A stretch of DNA of 64,000 nt, taken from the IMG/VR virus record IMGVR_UViG_3300009873_000010, positions 7,212 through 71,211 of that record; one strand, given 5' to 3'. Position numbers and translations under genes: made by a program. A model generated the notes under the pieces. That model saw only the letters and a list, made by a program, of their open reading frames with translations. It was not told the origin of the DNA and ran no database searches. This DNA is from a virus (lineage: Duplodnaviria; Caudoviricetes). Positions 27,170 to 36,524 of the stretch are shown piece by piece (position 1 is the stretch's first letter; every line of letters starts with the position of its first letter).

Positions 27170-29055
27170 GGCATGTACAACTAGAATATTTACACATTGA
27201 AGGATTTCGCTCGATAATCGAGCCTAATCGTTTTTCTTTTTCTTCAAATGGTATCTATCAAATTATAGGAAGTAATGGAGCAGGCAAGACCTCTGTCTTT
27301 GAGGCTCTATCCTGGGGCCTTTATGGAAAGAATCTAAAGAATTCGTCTGTCGCAAATTTGCAGACATTTGCGCATTTACAACCTGTCGATTTTAAAGGCA
27401 CAAAAGTACAGATAGGCTTTGCTGTTGATTGCTACAATTACACAGTTGTACGCACAATAGGCTACACAGGCATGGGCAGTGTGCTGGAGTTGTATGAAGA
27501 TGATACGCTGCTTGAAGGCATGCGTAAAAAAGATACGCAGACAAACATTGAAAGCATACTTGGTGTGCCTTATAATATGTTCATAAATACTGTGCTGTTT
27601 GGCCAGCGTATGCTGCGCTTGAGCCAGATGACTGCAGTAGAGCAGCGTACATTCTTTAATCAGATGTTTGAGCTTGACTATCTGAAACATGCTAAAGATA
27701 TTGCAAGGCAGAAATGTGGCGAGCTTGTAAATAAAATAGATGGTGCTAACAACGATATTTTGCATAAGCAAAGGCTGCATGAGGCATTGCAAAGCAGGCT
27801 TGATAGCATAGAACAGTACTATGCGGCTTTTGAAGCAAAAAGGCACGATCGTGTTAAAGCTCTTGAAGCAAAACAAGCAGCAAAGACTGCAGAACTTGCA
27901 GAAGTGCGTGCGGAAAAAAGAGCTTTGACAAAAAAATTCAATGCTTTGCCACAACCAGATACAACTGCTGCATTAGAGTCAGAGCTTGAGGCGCATAAAG
28001 TTAAGTTACGCGAGGTTTGCGAGAATATTGCCTCGTGTAATGCAACAGAAAAAGAGGAAAACGGCAAAGCTAATCGAGCCGATAAAAGAATTGCAGCGCT
28101 AGAGCTGCAAATTGCAGAATATCCTGAAAACTGCCATGCATGTGGCCAAGAGCTAGATAAAGTAGCAAGAGCAACTGCATTAGAGCGTTTAGCTACAGAG
28201 ATAGCTGGGCACAAAGAAATTCTGGAAGCTACTAAGGATAAACTATTGCAATTAGCTGTTGTGCGTGCAGACTATATTGACGAGCAGGAGTTTTGCGATG
28301 CATTAATAAAGGATTTGCAAGGCAAGATAGCAGAGCATAAAAAATCGCGAGCAGAATTAAATGAGCTTGCGTATCAAATTAAGTCTTGCGAGCCAAAGAT
28401 GAAAGCAATACAAGAGCGCATAGATGAACTCGACGAAGAGATAAAGGCAGCGTGGAATGAGAAGCCTGTAAACCAAGGCGAAGATGCTATAAAAGAAGAG
28501 CAAGCAACTGTATATCAAGATATTGCAAAGCTGCAAAAAGAAGTGCAAACTGACGCAGGTGTACTAAAAGTGTACGATTGGTGGAGTCGCGTAGGCTTTG
28601 GAGCGAATGGCATTGCAATGTATATAATACAGAATAGGTTAGCGCTGCTAAATCAGCACATTGCGGAATTTGCACAGAAATTAGGCATAAGCGTAATGAT
28701 AGACGTAAACTTGGATGGCGCTACAAAAAATTTCGAGATTCACTGCTTATTGCATGGCGAATATATTAGCTACGACGATCTATCTGGTGGAGAAAAGACG
28801 CGCGTAGACTTAGCATTAACATTTGGGCTTTACAGATTACTTTCAAGCTCAGAAGTATTTATAAATGCGCTTATACTTGATGAAGCTTTTGCAGGCCTAG
28901 ATGAACAGGGCCTTGATAGTGCCTATGAAATGCTGTCTGCTTTTGCAGAAGATCGTGGTGTATACATTGTAACTTTCAACCCGCTCTTCAATCCTGTGCT
29001 GGCAAAAGAAATTGAGATACAGAAAACACATATAGGCACAATAATAATACAATGA
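27166..29055 (+). CDS. sbcC: SbcC/Rad50-like SMC ATPase
   Basis: GSNGAGKT, coiled coil with CHACG zinc hook, LSGGE, ILDE. Confidence 0.95.
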   Translation: MRHVQLEYLHIEGFRSIIEPNRFSFSSNGIYQIIGSNGAGKTSVFEALSWGLYGKNLKNSSVANLQTFAHLQPVDFKGTKVQIGFAVDCYNYTVVRTIGYTGMGSVLELYEDDTLLEGMRKKDTQTNIESILGVPYNMFINTVLFGQRMLRLSQMTAVEQRTFFNQMFELDYLKHAKDIARQKCGELVNKIDGANNDILHKQRLHEALQSRLDSIEQYYAAFEAKRHDRVKALEAKQAAKTAELAEVRAEKRALTKKFNALPQPDTTAALESELEAHKVKLREVCENIASCNATEKEENGKANRADKRIAALELQIAEYPENCHACGQELDKVARATALERLATEIAGHKEILEATKDKLLQLAVVRADYIDEQEFCDALIKDLQGKIAEHKKSRAELNELAYQIKSCEPKMKAIQERIDELDEEIKAAWNEKPVNQGEDAIKEEQATVYQDIAKLQKEVQTDAGVLKVYDWWSRVGFGANGIAMYIIQNRLALLNQHIAEFAQKLGISVMIDVNLDGATKNFEIHCLLHGEYISYDDLSGGEKTRVDLALTFGLYRLLSSSEVFINALILDEAFAGLDEQGLDSAYEMLSAFAEDRGVYIVTFNPLFNPVLAKEIEIQKTHIGTIIIQ

Positions 29056-29363
29056 AAAATCATACGAAAGTATATCTATTAGCTGTTTATGGCGAGCTAA
29101 CTCATAATTGCACATGCGAGATATGCTATGTTACTGAGCATAAAGTTGTGCGTGCTGTAGATGTGCATCATATTAATCCACGTGGCATGGGTGGCTCTAA
29201 GGATAAAGACTACATAGAGAATCTAATGGGCCTGTGCAGAGCATGCCATTTAGACTGCGAAGCTGCACAATACTCTAAGCAATTCCAGGAAGCATTCCAC
29301 AAAGACTTTTTAGACCAAAAGTACATAGACTATGACATCACAAAATTTTCTCACATCGAATGA
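29052..29363 (+). CDS. HNH endonuclease
   Basis: CEIC...DVHHINPRGMGG...NLMGLCRACH. Confidence 0.88.
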   Translation: MKNHTKVYLLAVYGELTHNCTCEICYVTEHKVVRAVDVHHINPRGMGGSKDKDYIENLMGLCRACHLDCEAAQYSKQFQEAFHKDFLDQKYIDYDITKFSHIE

Positions 29364-30774
29364 CATCAATGTATATCAGCTACCTGATGTAAAAGAGCCT
29401 ACTGTAAATAAGTACCGTGAGCTAAACAGGCCGGCTATTTCATGGTACACAGAGGGCCAACGTGCTATAGTTCATGGAGCGCAAGAGTATATACGCACAA
29501 CAGACGAATATGCATATATGCTCGTTACAGGCAGTGCTGGAACAGGTAAGACAACAGCTGCAGCGGGCATGATAGAGTCGCTATTATGGACGAACATGAG
29601 CTTGCGTGTTGCATTAGTTGCACCAACACATAGAGCAGTGCAGGTGCTAGAAACTAAAATACCATTTCGGCATAGGACTATGCAATTTATGACTGTGCAT
29701 AGCCTTTTGGGTATCGAAGGAGTTGCAGACGAAGCGAACATACGCTTTGAGTTAGTTGACGAGAACAAGGTAAAACTCAGCGGATATGATGTAGTGCTTT
29801 GTGACGAAGGCTCTATGCTGCAAAGAGACCTGCATTTGCTACTCATGAAATTTAAAGGCAGGTGTAAGCTAATCTATTTTGCAGATATTAAGCAATTACC
29901 GCCTGTAAATGAAACAACTGCACCTATATTTGAAAATCGTGTAGATGTATTGCACTTCGAGCTTACTGAAGTTCTACGGCAAGCAGATGGCAGCCCTATA
30001 ATAAAGCTAAGCAATTTTGTAGCGCAGCGCCGTAGTTTTATTAGTCTTGAAAGCCATGAGGACATGTTCACAGAGCATGGTGATGGTGTGCTACAATTAC
30101 ATTCCTCTTTGCCAGAAGAGCGTGAGCTTGCGTATGAGCTAATAGATCATTATTTTACATCTGAAAACTTCAAAAACAATCCAGACTTTGCAAAAGCTAT
30201 AAGCTATACACGCAAAAGTGCAGAACTTATGAATGCATATATACGTAAAGCTCTATATGGTGATTATTGTGAGAAGATAGTTACCGGCGAAAAGCTTATA
30301 GCTGATGGGCCTATAATGGATAAGGACATAATTCTTGTGCCTAATAATGTGCCATTTGTAGTGCGATACTATACAACTGAATATGAGCACTTGCCAAATG
30401 GCGATAAGCTAAAGTACTACGCATGCAGATGTGATGTAGGCGGCGAATATGATGCAGATGTGCGTATACTTCACGAGGACTCGCAAGCAGTATATACGCA
30501 ATATTTGGAGCTAGCATTAAAATATGCTAAGCAATTCAAGCGCGGCATGAAAGAGTACGGCAAAGCGTGGGGCCAATACTATGAGCTGAAAGAATATTTT
30601 GCAAGTGTTAATTACAATTATGCATTAACAGTGCACAAGAGCCAGGGCTCAACATTTGACAATACATTTGTGCTTACTACTGATTTTAAATATTGCAGAA
30701 GTAAAGAAGTTCGCTGGAAACTGTATTATACAGCATTTACGCGGGCAGCCCATAAGCTATTTATCATTTTATAA
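29332..30774 (+). CDS. dda: Dda/RecD-like SF1B helicase
   Basis: GSAGTGKTT, CDEGSM, EVLRQ, YALTVHKSQGST, YTAFTRA. Confidence 0.92.
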   Translation: MTSQNFLTSNDINVYQLPDVKEPTVNKYRELNRPAISWYTEGQRAIVHGAQEYIRTTDEYAYMLVTGSAGTGKTTAAAGMIESLLWTNMSLRVALVAPTHRAVQVLETKIPFRHRTMQFMTVHSLLGIEGVADEANIRFELVDENKVKLSGYDVVLCDEGSMLQRDLHLLLMKFKGRCKLIYFADIKQLPPVNETTAPIFENRVDVLHFELTEVLRQADGSPIIKLSNFVAQRRSFISLESHEDMFTEHGDGVLQLHSSLPEERELAYELIDHYFTSENFKNNPDFAKAISYTRKSAELMNAYIRKALYGDYCEKIVTGEKLIADGPIMDKDIILVPNNVPFVVRYYTTEYEHLPNGDKLKYYACRCDVGGEYDADVRILHEDSQAVYTQYLELALKYAKQFKRGMKEYGKAWGQYYELKEYFASVNYNYALTVHKSQGSTFDNTFVLTTDFKYCRSKEVRWKLYYTAFTRAAHKLFIIL

Positions 30775-30914
30775 CATAGTTGTACTTTTGGTAGTGGGCA
30801 TGTGCATTTGCATGTGTCCACTTTTTTACAATTATTGTTATCTCTATATTGACTTTTTGAATCTTTATTCATATCTTTAATATTATTAATCAGAGAGATA
30901 AAAAATCTAAGGGT

Positions 30915-31172
30915 ATGAGTAATAAATCAGATCAAGAGTTACTGCGTAATTTGGAAAGCATGGACATGACAGTGCATAAATACACTGACCCAACAGACGT
31001 GGGCTTTTTGAGCGAATTTCGAGTCATCATGAATGCAATCGGCTACGACGAAGGCAGACCATTAAGCATTGTCGAAAAAGCTGAGTATCTTGTGAAGTTT
31101 ACGCAAGAGCTTGCAGACAAAGGCTCGATAACTAATGGCAGAATGTTAGAAATAGCAATTGTGGGTATATAA
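30915..31172 (+). CDS. Hypothetical protein
   Basis: Own promoter variant (30872) and AATCTAAG leader. Confidence 0.7.
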   Translation: MSNKSDQELLRNLESMDMTVHKYTDPTDVGFLSEFRVIMNAIGYDEGRPLSIVEKAEYLVKFTQELADKGSITNGRMLEIAIVGI

Positions 31173-31183
31173 AAACTGCAAAC

Positions 31184-31378
31184 ATGAATCCAAAATTTCA
31201 CGGCGGCTATGAGCTGCTACTCTACAAAGGCCAATTTGTGTTTATAGTTAGCTATGACACAACTAATGCAAACACAGTTATTGTTGAGAACTACGATCAG
31301 CAGCCTTTCGAGCCTTACGAGGTAAATTACAAAGAGCTAGACGTGCCTTCAGCGGACGAAATGGCAGAGATCGAGTAA
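31184..31378 (+). CDS. Hypothetical protein
   Basis: 64-aa ORF. Confidence 0.6.
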   Translation: MNPKFHGGYELLLYKGQFVFIVSYDTTNANTVIVENYDQQPFEPYEVNYKELDVPSADEMAEIE

Positions 31379-31456
31379 AATACATTCTTAGATTTTTTGA
31401 TTGATTAAGTAGTGCACCGCCTATTGGCAGTGCACTTACTTTCTAATTACAACAGT

Positions 31457-32701
31457 ATGCTAGAGTTAATGACAGGTGCAATTTTCACCGACAACCCTAC
31501 GGATTACCCAGAGCAGATAAAAAAATTGAACTCTGACAAAAATAAGTTCGGCAGAGTGCATGAGCTCTATGGCTCTATGCGCGCGTCTGCAATAGGCATA
31601 CCTACAGCAAGGCCGGACTTCCGTTTGCCTGATATTTCGCGAGCCTACTTACAAAGTTACATTGAGAGTTGTCATGCTAATGGGCTTATATTCAATTATA
31701 CTGCTAATGGTCCATTGCTTGGCAATTTGGAAGATATTGATGTGGGCTACGCTAAGCTAATAACCGAACTACAATGGTTAGAGAGCATAGGCGTAGACCG
31801 CATTACAGTTTCGCATCCGCTTGTTATGCAAGCAGTTTGCAAATACACTAGTATGCCGATTGAAGTATCGACAATACTCAATGTATATCAAGCTAATGGC
31901 ATTCGCCAGCTAAAAGAGCAATATCCGAATATAAATAAAGTGTGCATGTCCATAGACCATAATAGGCATCTTGGTACAGTGCGCGCATTACAGCATACTT
32001 GTCTACAATTGGGCATACAGCTAGAAATAATAGCAACTGAGTTTTGCAAGATAGGTACAGGTAATTGCTCACAATTACATCGAGCTCAGTGTTACAATAT
32101 GCACAGCTACAATATGCCGGAAAATGTAGCACGCAAAGGTATAAACTCTGATGGTAGCAAACAACACAGAGACGTAAAAGGCTATCCCTGGAGCGGCAGC
32201 ACAGGTTGCATATTCAATCGAGCAAAAGACAGTGTTGCATGGCTTATGAGCAATACAATATGGCCCAATGACATATTGCGATTTAGCGCGCTGACAAATG
32301 TTGTAAATTTCAAAATAACTACAAGGACAGCTCCTGCTGAATACGCTTTGCAGCTAGCTAGCTTTTATCTTGATGTGAACTATGATGGGCCTTTGGCTGG
32401 CTTATGGCTGCAATTACCTGCGTCTTTGCTGTCTGCACGAGACAAGTTTGATAAAATACAAGGCTCGTTTGTAGACAAAGTGCCTTATTTCTGTGAAGAT
32501 TTGGCTAAACGTAGAACAGTGCGCACTAAGCTCCAAGGCACAATAATTGAGCAAAGCATGAATTTTATGGACTTGTTTTTCGAGTTCCCGTATATAGATT
32601 GGCATCAGATCAATTGGGTAGATAAGCCTACAGATGAATGTGATTTTTACGAGTGCAATTGGCCTTATCTATGGCATAATTACTTACAAACTTTAATATA
32701 A
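31457..32701 (+). CDS. Peptidase U32-family protein (putative Fe-S hydroxylase)
   Basis: GVDRITVSHP, IEVSTI, LEIIATEFCKIGTGNCSQLHRAQCY with E/C/C/C ligand-like pattern; start probably ATG 31457. Confidence 0.72.
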   Translation: MLELMTGAIFTDNPTDYPEQIKKLNSDKNKFGRVHELYGSMRASAIGIPTARPDFRLPDISRAYLQSYIESCHANGLIFNYTANGPLLGNLEDIDVGYAKLITELQWLESIGVDRITVSHPLVMQAVCKYTSMPIEVSTILNVYQANGIRQLKEQYPNINKVCMSIDHNRHLGTVRALQHTCLQLGIQLEIIATEFCKIGTGNCSQLHRAQCYNMHSYNMPENVARKGINSDGSKQHRDVKGYPWSGSTGCIFNRAKDSVAWLMSNTIWPNDILRFSALTNVVNFKITTRTAPAEYALQLASFYLDVNYDGPLAGLWLQLPASLLSARDKFDKIQGSFVDKVPYFCEDLAKRRTVRTKLQGTIIEQSMNFMDLFFEFPYIDWHQINWVDKPTDECDFYECNWPYLWHNYLQTLI

Positions 32702-32707
32702 ACAATC

Positions 32708-33094
32708 ATGAGTACAACTGCAAGCAAAACAAGAGTAGACGGAAGATTACGCAGAGCCGTTATCGCCGTACACAACAATGAAGCAAGTGTGGATTTTTTA
32801 CTTAGTGAAATAGCCACATGCATACCTACTACAGACCTGGGTGACAAGCTACATGAGCATGCATTATCAGAGGACTACGATCCACTGCAGCTAATGCAAA
32901 TTGCATTCACAGCTAAGCAGATTGACTTTGTGAATGCTGCAGAAGCACTTGGCATGGAAGTACGAGCATACTCCGGCAGATTCATGTATGGTGATGTATG
33001 CCCTGCAGTTGAAGTAGACTCTCCGACTGAAAGCCCTTATCCTGGAGCTAAATATGACCAGCTAGGTTTGGGCTATATTGTATATTTGCCGTAA
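32708..33094 (+). CDS. Hypothetical protein
   Basis: RAYSGRFMYGDVCPAV motif. Confidence 0.7.
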   Translation: MSTTASKTRVDGRLRRAVIAVHNNEASVDFLLSEIATCIPTTDLGDKLHEHALSEDYDPLQLMQIAFTAKQIDFVNAAEALGMEVRAYSGRFMYGDVCPAVEVDSPTESPYPGAKYDQLGLGYIVYLP

Positions 33095-33129
33095 AATAAG
33101 TTTCGCAAAATTTGAATATTTCAAGAAAA

Positions 33130-33678
33130 ATGAATATATTTGTATTAGATAGAGACCCGGATATAGCGGCAAAATATCACTGCGACAAGCATGTAAACAA
33201 GATGATAATCGAATCGTGTCAATTGTTGTCTACAGCTATAAGGCAACATTATGATGACGATTTTCTGTATAACTTTACGCGCCCTTGGGAGGCAATGCAA
33301 AATTACAATCCTAACGGGCGATTTGTTCAGTGGCTCCTAGAAAGCAAGGAGAACATGAGCTGGTTGAGTAGATTGGCGGGTAGACTCTGTGTTGAGTTTG
33401 TACATAGAAATGGCAAATCACACGGAGTCGCTCCCAGGCTAGTTGGTGTTAATCGTGTACCTTTACGGAGTTTTCCGGATGTACCTATGACGCCTTTTCG
33501 CTATGCTGTGAGTACGCCAATATTCGATGACCCAGTTTTGACATACCGCTATTACTATGTGCATCACAAACGTCATATTAAGATCTGGGCTCAGAGTGAA
33601 CCACCAATTTGGTGGCTAGACGATGATGATTTAGAGAATATGCCCGAAGATCAACAAATCTTACATTTGCTACAATGA
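33130..33678 (+). CDS. denV: Pyrimidine-dimer DNA glycosylase / endonuclease V-like
   Basis: MNIFVLDRDP..AAKYHCDKHVNKMIIESCQLLS signature. Confidence 0.82.
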   Translation: MNIFVLDRDPDIAAKYHCDKHVNKMIIESCQLLSTAIRQHYDDDFLYNFTRPWEAMQNYNPNGRFVQWLLESKENMSWLSRLAGRLCVEFVHRNGKSHGVAPRLVGVNRVPLRSFPDVPMTPFRYAVSTPIFDDPVLTYRYYYVHHKRHIKIWAQSEPPIWWLDDDDLENMPEDQQILHLLQ

Positions 33679-34442
33679 GAGATAATTACATGATAGTTGT
33701 GAGTTATTGGCTAATTGCAATAACACTGTGCATAGTGAGCTTGCGTACACACAATGCCTATTCTGTGCCTCATAAAGCGGAGTGTGATGGCGTGGCGGCT
33801 GATATATCCGCAGTTACTAAGTGCGCCGTTATTCCGGCGCCTTTACCTGTATGTAGAACCGGTGAGCGGGGAGTACAGCCGACTGCGGAACTGCCGGTAG
33901 CCTATGCCCACGAGGACCGGCTTGCAATGCTGCCCCGCCTCACCTTCGCTAAAGCCACATCAGAGGAAGAAGCTTATATACTAAAATATGCAGAAACTGC
34001 TGTAAAAGAGGCTCACAAATTTAAAATTCCTGCTGCAATAAAGTTGGCACAGGGCATAATTGAGTCTGACAGAGAACGTTCCTATATTGCAAATAAAGCG
34101 TACAACCATTTTGGAGTAAAATGGCATAGCAAACTAGGCAACGATCAAGGTCTGGCTATTGACTCTTTAGTTACTGGCACTGGCTCTTATAGAGTCTATA
34201 AATCACCATGGTTTTCATATAGAGACCATTCATACTTTTTACAACGGCCACTTTATAGGCCCATTTACACAAGGTGCGGAAAAAATTATAAGTGTTGGGC
34301 TTATCAATTGAAAGCTAAAGGTTACGCAGAGGATAAAGACTACGCGAGTAAGCTAATTTGGCTTATAGATCGCCTGGAATTATATCTATATGATGGATTG
34401 ACTAAGCAAACAACAACAAATCATATTCCTTATGCAGACTGA
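33675..34442 (+). CDS. GH73 glucosaminidase endolysin with N-terminal hydrophobic anchor
   Basis: LAQGIIES, NHFGVKW, RVYKS...SYRDH, GYAED..YASKL; N-terminal MIVVSYWLIAITLCIV. Confidence 0.9.
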   Translation: MRDNYMIVVSYWLIAITLCIVSLRTHNAYSVPHKAECDGVAADISAVTKCAVIPAPLPVCRTGERGVQPTAELPVAYAHEDRLAMLPRLTFAKATSEEEAYILKYAETAVKEAHKFKIPAAIKLAQGIIESDRERSYIANKAYNHFGVKWHSKLGNDQGLAIDSLVTGTGSYRVYKSPWFSYRDHSYFLQRPLYRPIYTRCGKNYKCWAYQLKAKGYAEDKDYASKLIWLIDRLELYLYDGLTKQTTTNHIPYAD

Positions 34443-34758
34443 AGTATTTATTCGCGAAGACTTAGGTTACTTACGTAATTATATTCGCACGCAGGGCTCC
34501 GGCGGCATGCGTGCACATGCATCTGCTAGCACACCTGGAAAGTACTTCCAAATTGTTTATCAGAGCTACACTGCAGACTATTCGCAGTCGCAGTGGCTCG
34601 CTATTCTTGATCTACTGGAAGAGCTGGTAGTTTATTTCTTTGCCACATTTATAAAGGATGGCAAATTTAAAATGCCCAGCTTTTTGAAGTGGTTCTCAAT
34701 TGGCAATTCCGTTGTAGGCTTTGTTAAGTCACTCATTGAGATTCTGCGCAATGGATAA
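34432..34758 (+). CDS. Hypothetical protein next to the endolysin
   Basis: Overlaps endolysin stop; amphipathic C-terminus. Confidence 0.6.
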   Translation: MQTEVFIREDLGYLRNYIRTQGSGGMRAHASASTPGKYFQIVYQSYTADYSQSQWLAILDLLEELVVYFFATFIKDGKFKMPSFLKWFSIGNSVVGFVKSLIEILRNG

Positions 34759-34999
34759 ATACGAAGGCATAACAAAGCTTATCTTTGAAGGCAAGCGCGA
34801 TAAAAGAAATTTCGAGCTAGCTAGAAGTTTGTGCAAAAGCCAAAAGCTCGATAGTGACCGCATAGAGAGAATGATACAGCGCGCAGAGCAATTAGCAAAT
34901 ATTGAAGAACTAACAGAGATCTTGAGAGAATTTGCAAAAGCAGCTAACTCAGCAGGCGCCTCAACTTCACAAATTGCTGCAGCTCTTAACTTAAAGTAA
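34751..34999 (+). CDS. Hypothetical protein
   Basis: 82 aa from ATG 34751. Confidence 0.6.
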   Translation: MDKYEGITKLIFEGKRDKRNFELARSLCKSQKLDSDRIERMIQRAEQLANIEELTEILREFAKAANSAGASTSQIAAALNLK

Positions 35000-35270
35000 A
35001 CTAAATTTGCTATAGGTGGCTACGTTGACTCTGCAATGAGGCAGAACATGCTTAACTCTGACTAGTACGTAATAAAAAAAAATTTAATTAGCGAGACAGC
35101 TGGCATGCATTATTTGGCTGTATTTGGCAAGCAGATTGTAGGGCATGACAAAGGCTATTTGCTAGATGCAGGATATTTGCATGGCTTTAATGATAATGCA
35201 AAAGACGAAAAGCAAGTCTAATAGACCTATAGACGGAGAGAGAGAGATATAAACCATAATCCTTACTAAC

Positions 35271-35438
35271 ATGGCACAAGATACAAAATATTTATGGTTA
35301 ATTCTAGTATTTTTAGCTGCAGCTATATTTCTGAAGCCTGAAGAGAAAGCTCCGCAGGTGCCGAAAACGCCTGAAAACGCTGCAGACACTCTTGAATATC
35401 ACAATGTACATATCAATCAACGACCAGTCTACCAATGA
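35271..35438 (+). CDS. 55-aa single-TM protein (not in ORF track)
   Basis: MAQDTKYLWLILVFLAAAIFLKPEE...; ATGA overlap with 35435. Confidence 0.55.
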   Translation: MAQDTKYLWLILVFLAAAIFLKPEEKAPQVPKTPENAADTLEYHNVHINQRPVYQ

Positions 35439-35764
35439 TTGTGCTAGCTCCATATTATCTAGTCGCAGATCAAATGATAGATGGCGAAGTGCATAGTCTG
35501 GAAGATATGCTAAATGCTTTTACTATTGACAAAAAGCAATTTATAATTGTAAGGCTTAAAAAGTTTCCAGCTACTGTACTAATGCTGCGGACTCTTGGTA
35601 TACAATTAATCGCACAAGGGCCTGTCACATTGACACAAGACCTACAAGAAGCCTACATAAAAACTTTCGAGCAAGAAACAAGCTACTTAAAGTATAAATT
35701 AAAATCGCTGTTCTCTTTGAGCTTGAAAGCAGAATTTGGTGCAATTCAATACGACGAAGAATGA
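35435..35764 (+). CDS. Hypothetical protein
   Basis: 109-aa ORF. Confidence 0.65.
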   Translation: MIVLAPYYLVADQMIDGEVHSLEDMLNAFTIDKKQFIIVRLKKFPATVLMLRTLGIQLIAQGPVTLTQDLQEAYIKTFEQETSYLKYKLKSLFSLSLKAEFGAIQYDEE

Positions 35765-35895
35765 CACCTGTTTATGTAGCAATCAGCATACTCCTTTTCT
35801 GCTTAATAATCATACCTATCTTGCTCACCATATATTTCTCCCAAAGTAAGGCTAATAATAAAGACATATTAGATATTCCAGATAAGGACATATAA
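35761..35895 (+). CDS. 44-aa single-TM protein (not in ORF track)
   Basis: MTPVYVAISILLFCLIIIPILLTIYF...; ATGA overlap; ends 3 nt before 35899. Confidence 0.5.
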   Translation: MTPVYVAISILLFCLIIIPILLTIYFSQSKANNKDILDIPDKDI

Positions 35896-35898
35896 GAC

Positions 35899-36480
35899 AT
35901 GAGAACAAGACCAAACATACTCACAGAAGGGCGAAACCTCCAACACATCCTAGACGCAGTAGGCCGATTTCCCAGGCCTGAATTAATCTTCGGTCTTTCC
36001 GATAGAGAGATAGTGGACTGGATTAACTTTCAACTGCGCAAATATAAAGCTAGTTTTAAATTGGCTCGCTCTACGTTCTCCGAATGGCGTAGGGAATGGA
36101 GAGAGGAAGGAGAGAATAGCGCGTACCTACAACGAAACCCAGAAGTCCTTGCTTTTGTTAGCTTTCTTGCAGAACTGGAAATTAATTCTAAGCTTGAGAT
36201 TCTACAACAACTCTGGGATGCTAAGGGCCACGTACAAGCAGAGAAAATGAAGTGGTTTCTGGAAAGACGTTGGAAGGACGAATTCGCAGAGGACGGCGGC
36301 AAGACAGAGGTACATATTACAGGCATACAACTTACCTATAATGCAAAGACGATTGACGTTCCATTGATTACTAGTGAACAGGAAATGCTTGAGTTAGATG
36401 CTGGAAAGCTACACGCAAGTAGAGAGCTGCATGAAAATGTAGACAGCACCTACGAAGATGCTGAGTTTGAAGATGAATAA
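35899..36480 (+). CDS. Putative terminase small subunit
   Basis: HTH-like LARSTFSEWRRE; KWFLERRWKDEF motif; acidic tail. Confidence 0.5.
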   Translation: MRTRPNILTEGRNLQHILDAVGRFPRPELIFGLSDREIVDWINFQLRKYKASFKLARSTFSEWRREWREEGENSAYLQRNPEVLAFVSFLAELEINSKLEILQQLWDAKGHVQAEKMKWFLERRWKDEFAEDGGKTEVHITGIQLTYNAKTIDVPLITSEQEMLELDAGKLHASRELHENVDSTYEDAEFEDE

Positions 36481-36524
36481 GCTGAATGTAATGGGGCGTA
36501 ATAGGGTAGGCAAAAATAAAAATG

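Noticed and set aside
31278-31385. 35-aa antisense ORF behind the inverted leader
   Set aside because: Lies antisense to 31184-31378, has no -7 box and low protein-likeness; only the inverted repeat is kept as a finding
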